A stretch of DNA of 64,000 nucleotides from the IMG/VR virus record IMGVR_UViG_3300044609_000721; one strand, written 5' to 3'. A program made the translations under genes and the position numbers. Under the pieces are notes generated by a model, which was not told the origin of the DNA, ran no database searches, and saw only the letters and a program-made list of their open reading frames with translations. The DNA is from a virus. This document shows positions 28,795 through 38,273 of this stretch, in pieces. The number at the start of each line of letters is the position of its first letter. Within the stretch, counting starts at the first letter, position 1.

Positions 28795-29495
28795 CTTCCA
28801 AGTCCTTCCAGTTTGACAGTGCTTGTAACACCTGTTTTGGGATTCTCAACTTCAATTTCATGCTCTAATTTTGGCATAGTAGCAAAGAAATCCTGCAACT
28901 TCTGGAACTGATCGCTCTTCATACTTTCCAAGAACTCCATTAGTTCTTTCTTAGTATAAGTCTTGGCATCAGAAACATCATCACCTTCATAGATCTGACT
29001 CATACAAGTAATAGAAAGATCGAAAATATTATCAACTGTGATTTCATCTCCACTAAAATTCAATTTCACAAAAGTATCAAGTGAAGGATACTTCATGATA
29101 ATTCCAATGTTATCAGTGAGTTCAATCTTATTGCTATGCTTTTCTGGGAACTTTACATGAACAGATTCAAGATCAATTTCTACCTGCACTTGAGTTTCTT
29201 CATCATCTGGGCATGTGACCATGACTTTAGAAACTTCACCAATAGACTTAGAACGAATTCTAAGGAATACATATTCAATATCGAATGTGGATAGTTCTTC
29301 AACTCTAGATTTTAGATTGGTACAATTTTTGATAATGGTTTTAACTGCACTAATCATATCCTTCTCTTCACCCAATTGCATAGCAGTTAGAAGAAGTTTT
29401 TCTTCCTTCACAAGGAATGGACGATACTTAACAATTTCTTTTGACGATGGCAATTCCAATTCATATTCAGGAACCACTAATTTAGGTAAAGGCAT
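28782..29495 (-). CDS. gp26: Baseplate hub subunit gp26
   Basis: MPLPKL.VPEYELELPS...YRPFLVKEEK.LL...FD.EY.FL.IR.KS.GE...CP...LEGLGSFF. Confidence 0.9.
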   Translation of the reverse strand: MPLPKLVVPEYELELPSSKEIVKYRPFLVKEEKLLLTAMQLGEEKDMISAVKTIIKNCTNLKSRVEELSTFDIEYVFLRIRSKSIGEVSKVMVTCPDDEETQVQVEIDLESVHVKFPEKHSNKIELTDNIGIIMKYPSLDTFVKLNFSGDEITVDNIFDLSITCMSQIYEGDDVSDAKTYTKKELMEFLESMKSDQFQKLQDFFATMPKLEHEIEVENPKTGVTSTVKLEGLGSFFE

Positions 29496-29539
29496 AATTA
29501 CTCCTTAATATAGTTATCAGTAAAATTATTTAGTGCAGT

Positions 29540-30385
29540 TTAAATAGTGAGATTTCTTCCACTAGTATCTGTAAGAATTGTTTGTGTAAGTCCCTGTGGT
29601 CCTGGTCCTGCAGCAGTACTTGCTTGTTGAGCAGCAGCAGATGCAGCAACTCCTCTAGTTCCTAAAGATACTGCAACTTCTTCAATACCATCATTAGATG
29701 GTACATAGAATCTATACCTCTCAAAATAAAATGACACTTCCATCGTTGCATAATTTGCAGGTCCAGATTGGAGTTGCATATTGCTGATATTGAATGGAAA
29801 AGCATTCTTCATTGTCCACACACCTACACATTTATTCCACTTAGTTGTAGTGAAATTTCTTTGTGATGGATTTACCAATGACATTTCAGCATTTTGATCG
29901 TATGGATTTGATCCACCTCTTTCATACTTAAAGATGTCAATGTATGATGTGCAGATGTCATCATACCAAGATACTCTCTGACTTGCATCATTTGCAGAGT
30001 AATTCATCCACCTCTCAAAGAAGGTTCTTGTTTTATATGTACGTGGAATAATAAATTGAATACTAATTTCACTAAAAGTTGTAGAGGTTGGATATCTCCA
30101 CATAGTACCGACACTTTTTATCTCACCAGTTGTCAGTTGCCTGCTGGGAACTGTAACATCTGTGGCATAGTAGGTAAGTAATCTAGACTTATCAGTTCCA
30201 GGTCCAGAAGTATTTCCATCGTTGAAAAAATCATTAAACCAACTACTACTATTCATCACCTTAGGTTTAGTCCTAAAACGAACCCAATATAAGTTGTTGT
30301 ACGATGGTGCTTCCCTTCTAGCAAGGCTTAAGAAACCTTGAAAACTGTTTGCACCAGATAAACCTGTAACAGCTACATCTGCCAT
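29540..30385 (-). CDS. gp54: Baseplate tail-tube initiator (gp54/gp19-like fold)
   Basis: DVTVPSRQL...YP...FSEISIQF...FFERWM...FP.NIS...L...EVSFYF. Confidence 0.7.
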   Translation of the reverse strand: MADVAVTGLSGANSFQGFLSLARREAPSYNNLYWVRFRTKPKVMNSSSWFNDFFNDGNTSGPGTDKSRLLTYYATDVTVPSRQLTTGEIKSVGTMWRYPTSTTFSEISIQFIIPRTYKTRTFFERWMNYSANDASQRVSWYDDICTSYIDIFKYERGGSNPYDQNAEMSLVNPSQRNFTTTKWNKCVGVWTMKNAFPFNISNMQLQSGPANYATMEVSFYFERYRFYVPSNDGIEEVAVSLGTRGVAASAAAQQASTAAGPGPQGLTQTILTDTSGRNLTI

Positions 30386-30393
30386 TGTGTCCC

Positions 30394-30426
30394 TATAAAT
30401 AGTTTTATGCTTTTATTATTATTTAT
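30394..30426. promoter_or_regulatory. Face-to-face late promoters: TATAAATA (+, 30394-30401) and ATAAATA (-, 30420-30426)
   Basis: Both motifs in the 40-bp gap between divergent gp54 and gp4. Confidence 0.65.
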
Positions 30427-30874
30427 GCCGTATAACAAGAACATCCTAAAGGGTGTGTATACGCCAAAAAATCCATCAAAATATAAAGGAGATCCGAATA
30501 ATATAATTTTTCGTTCTTCGTGGGAACTTAAGTTTATGAAATATTGTGACCATAACAATGTCGTTTTGGAATGGGGCAGTGAAGAATTATTCATTCCATA
30601 CATATCACCTGTTGATAATAAGACTCATAGATACTTCCCAGATTTTTACATCAAAGTTAAAGATCGTTCAGGAAAGATTAGTAAATATCTAGTTGAAGTG
30701 AAACCACAATATCAGGTGAATGGTCCAGTCCCACAAAAAAGAATGACAAAGAAATATTTGAATGAAGTGATGACCTACGCAGTCAACCAAGCAAAATGGA
30801 AAGCTGCAGAAGAATTTTGTAATGATCACATGTGGAAATTCATTATACTAACGGAAAACGAATTAAAGGTCTAA
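30425..30874 (+). CDS. gp4: Head completion protein gp4 (TnsA-like nuclease fold)
   Basis: G.Y.PKNP.KYKGD..NIIFRSSWE..FM..CD...WGSEE...PY.SP.D...HRYFPDF. Confidence 0.92.
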   Translation: MPYNKNILKGVYTPKNPSKYKGDPNNIIFRSSWELKFMKYCDHNNVVLEWGSEELFIPYISPVDNKTHRYFPDFYIKVKDRSGKISKYLVEVKPQYQVNGPVPQKRMTKKYLNEVMTYAVNQAKWKAAEEFCNDHMWKFIILTENELKV

Positions 30875-30878
30875 CTAA

Positions 30879-31922
30879 ATGGCAACAACGTACAAAACTT
30901 ATCACTACCCATCAACACCTCCAGTAATTGGAGAGACTGATGCTGGTTTAATGGCGTTAGGTACTGAATGGAGTCAGGGATCTGCGATGCCAACAGAGTA
31001 TATTGACTTCCTAAAAATTCAAGCAATCCAAGTTAATTATGATAAGGGTGCAGTTCTAAGTAACTTGGGTGCAGTAAATGCTACTGGTATAGAAGACAAA
31101 ATTAAACCTTTAGATACTGTATACCTCTACATGCCTCAACAACTGGCAGCAAGTTATGGTGTTTCATACAATCCAGTTGCAATGGGTGTTGCTGGAGTCG
31201 CCGCAACTAAAGGATTAGGTACTTCAGGAACACAAATCGTATCAGAAATTCAAGCAGCAGCTTCAGATGCAGCACCAGAAGCACTATTCAATACAATCTC
31301 AACTGGTTTAAGTGGTCTGTCTAAGACAGTTGGAGTAGCGTACCAAGGAAATGGTAGTGCATTATCTGCCGTTTCACAAGGGAAAATATTCAACCCATTC
31401 GAAGAACTCATTTTCCAAGGAGTAGGTTTTAGAAGTCATCCATTCTCATGGAAGTTAGTTGCTAGAAACGAAAGAGAGGCAGATGATATTATCAATATCA
31501 TCAAGTTCTTCAAAGTAAATATGTTACCAAATTTTGATAACAAATCTATTCAACCTGGAGAAAACCCAAGTAATACAACATCTACATCTACTACACCTTC
31601 AGGTTCAACAACAAATGCACAATCTGCTGGACAAACACCGTTTGGAACTGGAACTGGTGCTAGGTATTTAACCGTACCAAATAGATTTAAAATATCAATA
31701 GTAAGAGTAAATTATAATGCTGGTGGATATACATCTGGAAATGAATTGGGCAATAGCATTTATAGATTCAAAGATTCTCTATTAGAGTCTATGAATGTTA
31801 GTTATACACCAGACAATCAATACGTATCTACGGCTCAGGGAAAGGTACCTGCAGTTCAACTGGATCTAGTATTCAAAGAAACTGCTTACGTTACCGCAGA
31901 AGACGCAAACCAGGGTTACTAA
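30879..31922 (+). CDS. gp48: Baseplate tail-tube cap gp48
   Basis: NPFEELIFQGVGFRSHPFSWKL.ARNEREA..I..IIKFFK..MLP. Confidence 0.85.
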   Translation: MATTYKTYHYPSTPPVIGETDAGLMALGTEWSQGSAMPTEYIDFLKIQAIQVNYDKGAVLSNLGAVNATGIEDKIKPLDTVYLYMPQQLAASYGVSYNPVAMGVAGVAATKGLGTSGTQIVSEIQAAASDAAPEALFNTISTGLSGLSKTVGVAYQGNGSALSAVSQGKIFNPFEELIFQGVGFRSHPFSWKLVARNEREADDIINIIKFFKVNMLPNFDNKSIQPGENPSNTTSTSTTPSGSTTNAQSAGQTPFGTGTGARYLTVPNRFKISIVRVNYNAGGYTSGNELGNSIYRFKDSLLESMNVSYTPDNQYVSTAQGKVPAVQLDLVFKETAYVTAEDANQGY

Positions 31923-31924
31923 AA

Positions 31925-32590
31925 ATGGCAAACTATTTTCAAAACGTACCAAATATTCGTGTTGGTGTTCCAGGAATGGACACCTCACAACAAGAATATG
32001 TTGTCATAAAAAATATTTTCAGAAGAGTTAAAGGCGTCTTCATGGCAATGAAGAGAGATAGTATCTTCGAGAAGTATACTATTCCTGGTGATGAAAAACC
32101 ATATCAAATATCACAAAGAATATACAATACTCCAAACTATGAGTGGATCATTCTACTGACTAATGATATAACAAATATCTATACTCAGTGGCCATTGTCA
32201 CAAAGAGAATTTGAAGAGATGATGCATAGGAAATATGGTACAAAAAGTAATGAGACTAAGCATTGGGTCACAAAAGAAGTGTTATTTAATAACATGGTGA
32301 TTGTACAATCTGGTATCTTAGTGAATCAAAATTACACTTACAAAAGACCAGATGGTGTAATGATTGGTGGAGATAGTTTAGTTAGACCCATATCACATTA
32401 TGAATACGAGTACGAACTGAACGAAAGTAAAAGACAGGTGTATCTACTAAATCCAGTATACATAGATGAATTTGATAGACAGATGAGAGAACTGCTTCAG
32501 TATCCAGAAAGTGATGATAGAGTTTCATATACACAAAAACGTTCTGGTGACGACGAAGAAATATATACCGTAAGAATTTTCGACACATAA
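31925..32590 (+). CDS. gp53: Baseplate wedge gp53 (LysM-like)
   Basis: YF...PNI...KNIFRR...EKYTI.GDEKP..IS..IY....Y.WIILL.NDI.N.Y.QWP. Confidence 0.9.
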   Translation: MANYFQNVPNIRVGVPGMDTSQQEYVVIKNIFRRVKGVFMAMKRDSIFEKYTIPGDEKPYQISQRIYNTPNYEWIILLTNDITNIYTQWPLSQREFEEMMHRKYGTKSNETKHWVTKEVLFNNMVIVQSGILVNQNYTYKRPDGVMIGGDSLVRPISHYEYEYELNESKRQVYLLNPVYIDEFDRQMRELLQYPESDDRVSYTQKRSGDDEEIYTVRIFDT

Positions 32591-32617
32591 AAAAAGGGGG
32601 GTATCAAACCCCCCTTT
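32588..32617. terminator. Bidirectional terminator between convergent gp53 and gp32
   Basis: A-run, GGGGGGT-ATCAA-ACCCCCC hairpin, T-run. Confidence 0.75.
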
Positions 32618-32623
32618 ACTTTA

Positions 32624-33565
32624 TCAATCTTCTTCTGCCAGTCGTGCAAAGTAGGAAAGATCATCATCCTCATCTGCATTGAAATTAGGAAGAGACGGTG
32701 CTGCTTGCCCAACCGAAGAACGGAAGTTGCTAATTTCTTCACCCCAATTAGAAGGAGAAGAAGGTGCAGTCACGATTTCATTCTCTTCAGTTTCACTATC
32801 AACATAACGAGAAGCCTGACGCTTAGGAGCACCAAGAACAGAATTCAAACGTGCCTCAAGTTCCTCATAGGTTTTGAAGTTCTTGGGATCAGTGAATTCG
32901 GTAAGGGCGTATTCCTTCTTCCAGATAGATTCCAGTTGATCATCACTCAGTTCCTCAAGGGTTCCAGGACGAGAGAACTCGGACTTATCGTAGTTCCAGT
33001 AACCATCCACCTTACGAATCTTCAGTTTGAAGTTTGCACCTTCCCAGAAGTCAAAAGGATTGATAGGAGTTTCATCCTTGAACTCAGGTTGCATTGCTGC
33101 CATGATCTTATCGAAGATCTTCTTACCAAACTTATAAAGGAAGACTCGCCCTTCATTCTCAGGATGAGCAGGATCTTCTACCACATAGATGTTAGCGTAG
33201 TAAGAGAGTTTACGCTTCTGCTTACGAGCAATTTCCTTATCAGCATCACTACCACTATTCCACAGTTGACGATTCATTTCACCAACAGGATCTTTCTTGT
33301 TGAGAGTCGTCAGACTGTTCTCAATATACCATCCACCAGGACCTTGGAACGCATGACTCCAAATCTTTGCCCAAGGAATATCTTCACCCTCAGGTGCAGG
33401 AAGGAATCGAATTACAGCATAACCATTACCCGACTTATCCATCTCGGGTTTCCAGAGGCGTTCGTCAGCACCACTGCTGCTCTCTGGATTAGAAATCTTC
33501 TCGACTTCCTTAGTCAGTTTCTCGAAAACAGAACCCGACTGCTTTTTAAGTGCTGCAAAAGACAT
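32624..33565 (-). CDS. gp32: ssDNA-binding protein gp32 (start MSFAALKKQ)
   Basis: DERLWKPEMDKSGNGYAVIRFLP...H.FQGPGGWYIENSLTT; acidic tail. Confidence 0.96.
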   Translation of the reverse strand: MSFAALKKQSGSVFEKLTKEVEKISNPESSSGADERLWKPEMDKSGNGYAVIRFLPAPEGEDIPWAKIWSHAFQGPGGWYIENSLTTLNKKDPVGEMNRQLWNSGSDADKEIARKQKRKLSYYANIYVVEDPAHPENEGRVFLYKFGKKIFDKIMAAMQPEFKDETPINPFDFWEGANFKLKIRKVDGYWNYDKSEFSRPGTLEELSDDQLESIWKKEYALTEFTDPKNFKTYEELEARLNSVLGAPKRQASRYVDSETEENEIVTAPSSPSNWGEEISNFRSSVGQAAPSLPNFNADEDDDLSYFARLAEED

Positions 33566-33629
33566 GTATTTCTCCGTATTAGTTGTATTTGTTGGATTGT
33601 GGGGCGGACCCCCCTCACCCGACCATGAT

Positions 33630-33658
33630 ATCATACCCTATTTAGGAACGCTTGTCAA
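33630..33658 (-). promoter_or_regulatory. Dual promoter for gp32: TTGACA-17-TATGAT with late CTAAATA inside the spacer
   Basis: -35 at 33653-33658, -10 at 33630-33635, CTAAATA at 33639-33645. Confidence 0.7.
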
Positions 33659-33974
33659 GGTCCGCGACGACCTTATCCAAATATTTTTCAGTTGAGATCA
33701 AAGATTCCATAAGATTTGAATAACCAAACATATTTGAAATCAAATCAATTCGATGCTTCATATCAGAAGCTTCTTCATCAGTACCTGAGGATAGTTGCAA
33801 TCTAGTGTAGAATATTTTTTGTTTTTCTATTAGTTGCTTTGTTTTATTGATATGCTTTATCGCATCCTCCTTTGGCATTGAAGTAAGTTCATCAGATTTA
33901 TCATACAATTCCATGTATGTATCATATATTGATTGCAAATGGTCTTGGACCATTTCCGAATTAAAAAAGTTCAT
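33642..33974 (-). CDS. Conserved cyanophage protein (DUF1825-like)
   Basis: MNFFNSEMVQ...IEKQKIFYTRLQLS...D.EA..MK. Confidence 0.65.
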   Translation of the reverse strand: MNFFNSEMVQDHLQSIYDTYMELYDKSDELTSMPKEDAIKHINKTKQLIEKQKIFYTRLQLSSGTDEEASDMKHRIDLISNMFGYSNLMESLISTEKYLDKVVADLDKRS

Positions 33975-34582
33975 ACTTTTTCTTTTACTGTTTTTAAAAT
34001 GATTGACTTATACTTCTTACAATCAATCGTTAGAAATGGAGCATATTTAATTACTTGTATTTTCACTTGTTGCCAAACAGGATCTGTTAAGGTTTCATCC
34101 AATCTTTTAACATATCCTAAACAGGTCTCAAAAATAACTAAAGTCTCTAAGCTAATTTCTTTTCTCAAATAAGAAGTAAGAATGTTGGGATGTCGTCCCT
34201 TTGAACAAACAAATAATTTATCAAAGTTTTCCTCGTAGGGAAAGTCAATATTGTCCAATAGAAGACTGACTTCTTCCCTAAAATTATATAGGAAACTCTC
34301 TTGTTTCTTTTTCCAATTGGAGTATATAGTTTCTCCACTCGGACGAATAATATCCTTGATGTATCCCCTATTGTCACTTATAAAGTTTGATACGAAATAC
34401 TCCTGTATTCTATCACGGTCGTACTTAGATGCCAACTTCTTAAAAAAATAGGAGTCATTCCTTTTGTTGAATGACTCCTCACTTGCTCTAGTTTTTCCGT
34501 TGAACCTGAAGTAGTCGTAGTCATCTTTAGTGAAGTGAAGTTTAAGAGAAAGATACATCTGATAAACTTCAAATCCAGTCAT
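33971..34582 (-). CDS. gp59: Helicase loader gp59
   Basis: MTGFEVYQMYLSLKLHFT...YDYF.FNGKTRAS..SF.KR.D.YFF. Confidence 0.88.
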   Translation of the reverse strand: MTGFEVYQMYLSLKLHFTKDDYDYFRFNGKTRASEESFNKRNDSYFFKKLASKYDRDRIQEYFVSNFISDNRGYIKDIIRPSGETIYSNWKKKQESFLYNFREEVSLLLDNIDFPYEENFDKLFVCSKGRHPNILTSYLRKEISLETLVIFETCLGYVKRLDETLTDPVWQQVKIQVIKYAPFLTIDCKKYKSIILKTVKEKV

Positions 34583-34833
34583 AGCGGTAAGATTCCCCTC
34601 GACGTTTTCTTCATGTAGTTAAGGCTCTGTGCCTGATACTTAAGTTTTTCTTTTAGTGGTTTGGAGACTAATTTAGATACTGTCTCCAGTTCAATTTCAT
34701 TCTCCTCACAATAAGTAACGATTGCCTCAATATAGTTTACTAAACCACCAGATTCTTTGACAATACGTTCAATGTCTTCTGTGAATTTGGTTGCAGTTAG
34801 AAACTTATCTTCTGTGGAATCGTTATTTTGCAT
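34579..34833 (-). CDS. gp33: Late transcription coactivator gp33
   Basis: KF...IE..V....NYIEAIV.YCEENEIELETV.KL.SKPLKEKLK. Confidence 0.9.
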   Translation of the reverse strand: MQNNDSTEDKFLTATKFTEDIERIVKESGGLVNYIEAIVTYCEENEIELETVSKLVSKPLKEKLKYQAQSLNYMKKTSRGILPL

Positions 34834-35497
34834 TCTTTCTTCCAGCATTAAAAGCATCGATATACTCCTTTAATAATGTAAAATAATAATCTAGATCGTA
34901 CTTCACTATCACTTGGCAATCGCCTTCTTCTGTAGCAATGATAGTTACAATCTTCTTTGGCATAAGTCCAGTTCGTTCGTAGAACATAACTGCGTATGCA
35001 GTTTCTTGGACAAAATAGTTTTCAATCCACTCTTCTTTTTTTTCTTTATCTGATGTTTTGAAATCAATTACAGCAAGTTCGTTATCAAACTCAGCAATAC
35101 AATCAACTCGTCCTGCTACACCTAGATAATCGGAATATAAAGCACCTTCAAGAACATGAATGTTATTGATCCTATTGAGGATAGGTTTCGCAACTTGGAA
35201 TAAAGTAAAAGGAAGAGGTTTACTTTTGTGCTCTTCAAGTGATTCATTCTTTAGATATGATTCAACAATACTATGAAAAGCAGTACCTCTTCCTGTTGCT
35301 CTGGTTGTTTTACGATTTGCTACCTCTTCCCCAACTCTCTGGCGCCATTCCTTAAAGAATGCTGCCTTCTTAAATGAAGTTACTGTAGTAATGGATGGAT
35401 ATTGTTTCCCCGATGGTGTGGGGTAGAAACGCATACCATCTTTATCAATGGACTCCAGTTCTTCAAGTTGAACTGGAAGGGTAACAAAATTAAACAT
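34823..35497 (-). CDS. PD-(D/E)XK exonuclease
   Basis: YPSITTV...RGT.FH...E..LYS..L.VAGRVDCIAEFD..LAVIDFKTS...Q..AYA. Confidence 0.85.
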   Translation of the reverse strand: MFNFVTLPVQLEELESIDKDGMRFYPTPSGKQYPSITTVTSFKKAAFFKEWRQRVGEEVANRKTTRATGRGTAFHSIVESYLKNESLEEHKSKPLPFTLFQVAKPILNRINNIHVLEGALYSDYLGVAGRVDCIAEFDNELAVIDFKTSDKEKKEEWIENYFVQETAYAVMFYERTGLMPKKIVTIIATEEGDCQVIVKYDLDYYFTLLKEYIDAFNAGRKNAK

Positions 35498-36252
35498 CAG
35501 AAACCTAAATTCAATTTACTAATAATGTAACTACGGACAAGACCAGAACGAACGATGTCATCAACACCAAACTCAATACAACGAAACTCTTCCATGGTTT
35601 CTAGGATCTTCATGAAGTCTAGGACTCCATTCTTTTCATTCTGCTTAATAAGGTCAGACTGAGTAATATCACCAGAGAAAATAATCTTAGCATCTTGACC
35701 CACACGGGTAATCATTGAGTCAAGTTCATGGAAGTTTAGGTTAGCAAACTCATCGACAACAATGATGCAGTTATCGAGAGTGACACCACGAATATAAGAA
35801 GTGCTCCAGAAGGAGATAGTTTCTTGAGCCCTTAGATTATTATATAGCATCTCAAAGGCATTATCGTCAGGCATCTCAAACATAAACTTTACCATATTCT
35901 TATAGGGAATCTGATAAAGTGCTGATTTATCTTCATGATCTCCAGGAAGGAAACCGATTTCTCTAGTTGGGACAAGAGAACGAACAACGTAAATCTTTTC
36001 GTATGGTGTATTGGGATTAAGTACTTCCCTCAGTGCTAGGTATAGACTGATAAATGTTTTACCAGTACCAGCACACCCATGAAGAATCATATGTTTGTCA
36101 TCTGACCAAGCATCGAACACAGCTCTTTGTGAGTCTGTTAGTGGTTCGATGTTGAGGAGGTGATCACTATTAATTGGTTTCTTTCTTCTCATTTGTTTCG
36201 CACTCATTCCAGCGGGAACTACAGAGTTGTTGTTTCTCTTTTTAACTGGCAT
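35497..36252 (-). CDS. phoH: PhoH-family ATPase
   Basis: GCAGTGKT, RSLVPTREIGFLPG, IRGVTLD..I.VDEFAN, SGD..Q.DL, DIVRSGLV. Confidence 0.95.
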   Translation of the reverse strand: MPVKKRNNNSVVPAGMSAKQMRRKKPINSDHLLNIEPLTDSQRAVFDAWSDDKHMILHGCAGTGKTFISLYLALREVLNPNTPYEKIYVVRSLVPTREIGFLPGDHEDKSALYQIPYKNMVKFMFEMPDDNAFEMLYNNLRAQETISFWSTSYIRGVTLDNCIIVVDEFANLNFHELDSMITRVGQDAKIIFSGDITQSDLIKQNEKNGVLDFMKILETMEEFRCIEFGVDDIVRSGLVRSYIISKLNLGF

Positions 36253-36253
36253 A

Positions 36254-36484
36254 TCAGGTAAATCGTGATAGGTTTGCTCTCGGATGTGCTTCTTGCACTT
36301 TAGTCATTACTTCTTTGAATGCATCCGAACTTTTCGGTGCTCCATACATAGTTCCCCCACATCCAGCAGACCAATCTTTATCCCATTCAGGATTATCCTT
36401 GCGCCACTGTTCATACTCTTTCATTGTCATGTAAAGTTCTTGTTTGTCACCAGTATTAGTATTAATAACGGGATATGTTGGCAT
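36254..36484 (-). CDS. Conserved hypothetical cyanophage protein (76 aa)
   Basis: MPTYPV.N..TG...E..M...EYEQW.KDNP. Confidence 0.7.
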   Translation of the reverse strand: MPTYPVINTNTGDKQELYMTMKEYEQWRKDNPEWDKDWSAGCGGTMYGAPKSSDAFKEVMTKVQEAHPRANLSRFT

Positions 36485-36497
36485 TGAGCACCTCCTC

Positions 36498-36644
36498 TTA
36501 TTTAGTGGTAGCGATTTGAGACTTATTTGAGAACTCTTTCTTGAGTTCTTTACGGATCCTTTGATAGAAATCTAGAATGTCATGATTGTTATTGTAGATC
36601 AGACCACACTCTTTTGCGACTTCAATTACTTCTTGGTTATTCAT
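36498..36644 (-). CDS. Small hypothetical protein (48 aa, MNNQEVIEVAKECGLIY...), not in the ORF track
   Basis: Manual translation; fills the gap between thyX and the next gene. Confidence 0.55.
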   Translation of the reverse strand: MNNQEVIEVAKECGLIYNNNHDILDFYQRIRKELKKEFSNKSQIATTK

Positions 36645-36646
36645 TT

Positions 36647-37342
36647 TCAATCAATCCTGATACAAGGTTGTGTATTTTCCCAGTCTTTACAATCACACTC
36701 TCCATCACACCATCCAAGTGCTTCAGCAACACTCGGGAACTGACAAACAAAGATTCTCTTTGCTGCCTCTGCAACTTCCATGTGTTCTGCTTGAGTTCCG
36801 TTCTTCTCTCGGAGACCGATGTAGTGGATCCATGAACGGCACGAGCCTGTCATGTAGATACGAGTGGGAGTATTTTGTGGAAGCACCTTGCGGGCACACT
36901 CCTTTGCCACTCCTGCAGTAAGCATATCATCATACAGATCCATGATGTCAGCGAAGACATGCTTGATGCGACGTTCAAAACTACGCTTCAGTTCAGGATC
37001 AAGATCATCGATAGAGTTCTGACGATTCTTGGTATCCTGCTTACGAAGTTGGGGAACAGGAAGTTCTTCAGTTAGAAGAGATGCATCAGCATACCGTTGG
37101 GAAAACTGCTGGAAGCAGAAGCTTCTATGACGAAGAATTTGAGTTGCGATATCTAGAGTTGTTTCGATCTCTAGGGTCATGGTTGATTGCTCAAACACAG
37201 ACCAGTGCTGGTGATCAATACAATACTTTAGAAGTTTAGCATAGTTAGGGTTCTCCTGGTTTGAAGGATTACTAACCCTTGCGATATATGCCATTGTCTT
37301 TTCTGCATCTGGAGTCACAGAAACCAAACATGCTTTAGTCAT
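36647..37342 (-). CDS. thyX: FAD-dependent thymidylate synthase ThyX
   Basis: ARVSNP, H.HWSVFE, QILRHRSF.FQQFSQRY, GVAKECARKVLP, SCRSWIHY..LR. Confidence 0.95.
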   Translation of the reverse strand: MTKACLVSVTPDAEKTMAYIARVSNPSNQENPNYAKLLKYCIDHQHWSVFEQSTMTLEIETTLDIATQILRHRSFCFQQFSQRYADASLLTEELPVPQLRKQDTKNRQNSIDDLDPELKRSFERRIKHVFADIMDLYDDMLTAGVAKECARKVLPQNTPTRIYMTGSCRSWIHYIGLREKNGTQAEHMEVAEAAKRIFVCQFPSVAEALGWCDGECDCKDWENTQPCIRID

Positions 37343-37628
37343 TAGATCTTTTACCTCTCAAAATTCTTGCTACGACCACCGTTCCCAGTGATTCAACGTA
37401 ACCTATGTTAGCAAAGTTGAACATTTTTGTCAAGGACACATTGAAGGCAACCATGAACAGTAACGGCAGTACAACAGTATAGGTGATGACACCATTAATT
37501 ATTTGTGATACTGCCTTTACTTGCTCAGTGTGTTCTTGCTCTTCAGTTAGTTCTTCTTCTTGTTCTTCAATCGCTCTTTGATCAAGATAGATTGTAGTCT
37601 TATTCTTCTGTTTCAATTGATTTTTCAT
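37335..37628 (-). CDS. Hypothetical membrane protein
   Basis: Hydrophobic stretch IITYTVVLPLLFMVAF. Confidence 0.6.
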   Translation of the reverse strand: MKNQLKQKNKTTIYLDQRAIEEQEEELTEEQEHTEQVKAVSQIINGVITYTVVLPLLFMVAFNVSLTKMFNFANIGYVESLGTVVVARILRGKRSND

Positions 37629-38019
37629 CTTGTTTAGGACAATCAGGAACCCATGGGGCACATAATCTCATTTCTCCACCCAATAATTCTTGTGCTTTAG
37701 AACCGTCAGGTGCTTTTTCTGAATACACTGGAGGTGAAACCTCAGCAGGTCTTTCTCCAATAGATTTCCAGTAATCATCAATGGCTTTGTCTACATCACG
37801 TTTGATCCTTCTATCTAATTTTTCAGGATCTTTAATTACAAACTCATTGAGTATTGTACCTGGGAAATATTTTCTTTGAACTGCATCCAGTATATCCCAA
37901 AGTTGAATTTCGGAAACACCAGTACACTGAGATAGAGTTGCGATTATTGTTGACAAAACAATTCCAATAATCGCATACTGCTTAATGTCTGGTTTTTTAT
38001 TTCCGAAATTGAACTTCAT
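37600..38019 (-). CDS. Hypothetical protein with N-terminal TM segment (start MKFNFG)
   Basis: YAIIGIVLSTIIATLSQC. Confidence 0.6.
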   Translation of the reverse strand: MKFNFGNKKPDIKQYAIIGIVLSTIIATLSQCTGVSEIQLWDILDAVQRKYFPGTILNEFVIKDPEKLDRRIKRDVDKAIDDYWKSIGERPAEVSPPVYSEKAPDGSKAQELLGGEMRLCAPWVPDCPKQDEKSIETEE

Positions 38020-38273
38020 TTTTTCTTCTTCTCTTGTTTCTTGGGTGGACCCCACAACTTAGGATTGACTCTACCTTCAGTTTGTTTAAAGTCAACAAAA
38101 TCTTCACGATACCTATCCCAATAATAATCAAAGATTTCGATCTTCTTATTGGCAATGATCAAATCGTAAGTAATGACTCCATCCATTTTATACGTCACCA
38201 AATATGAAGTGTATGGCAAAGTTCGATCACTTGCCATCTCTGGATCACAATTCTGATGGAGAATTCTCATCAA
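38016..38273 (-). CDS. Conserved hypothetical protein (85 aa)
   Basis: ORF with 4-nt overlaps at both ends. Confidence 0.65.
   Translation of the reverse strand: MMRILHQNCDPEMASDRTLPYTSYLVTYKMDGVITYDLIIANKKIEIFDYYWDRYREDFVDFKQTEGRVNPKLWGPPKKQEKKKK

Noticed and set aside
32705-33628. 307-aa plus-strand ORF
   Set aside because: Exact antisense shadow of gp32; no SD or recognisable motif.
34823-35497. Cas4-like nuclease as part of a CRISPR system
   Set aside because: It sits in the usual phoH-exonuclease-gp33 position of T4-like cyanophages; no array or other cas genes are present.
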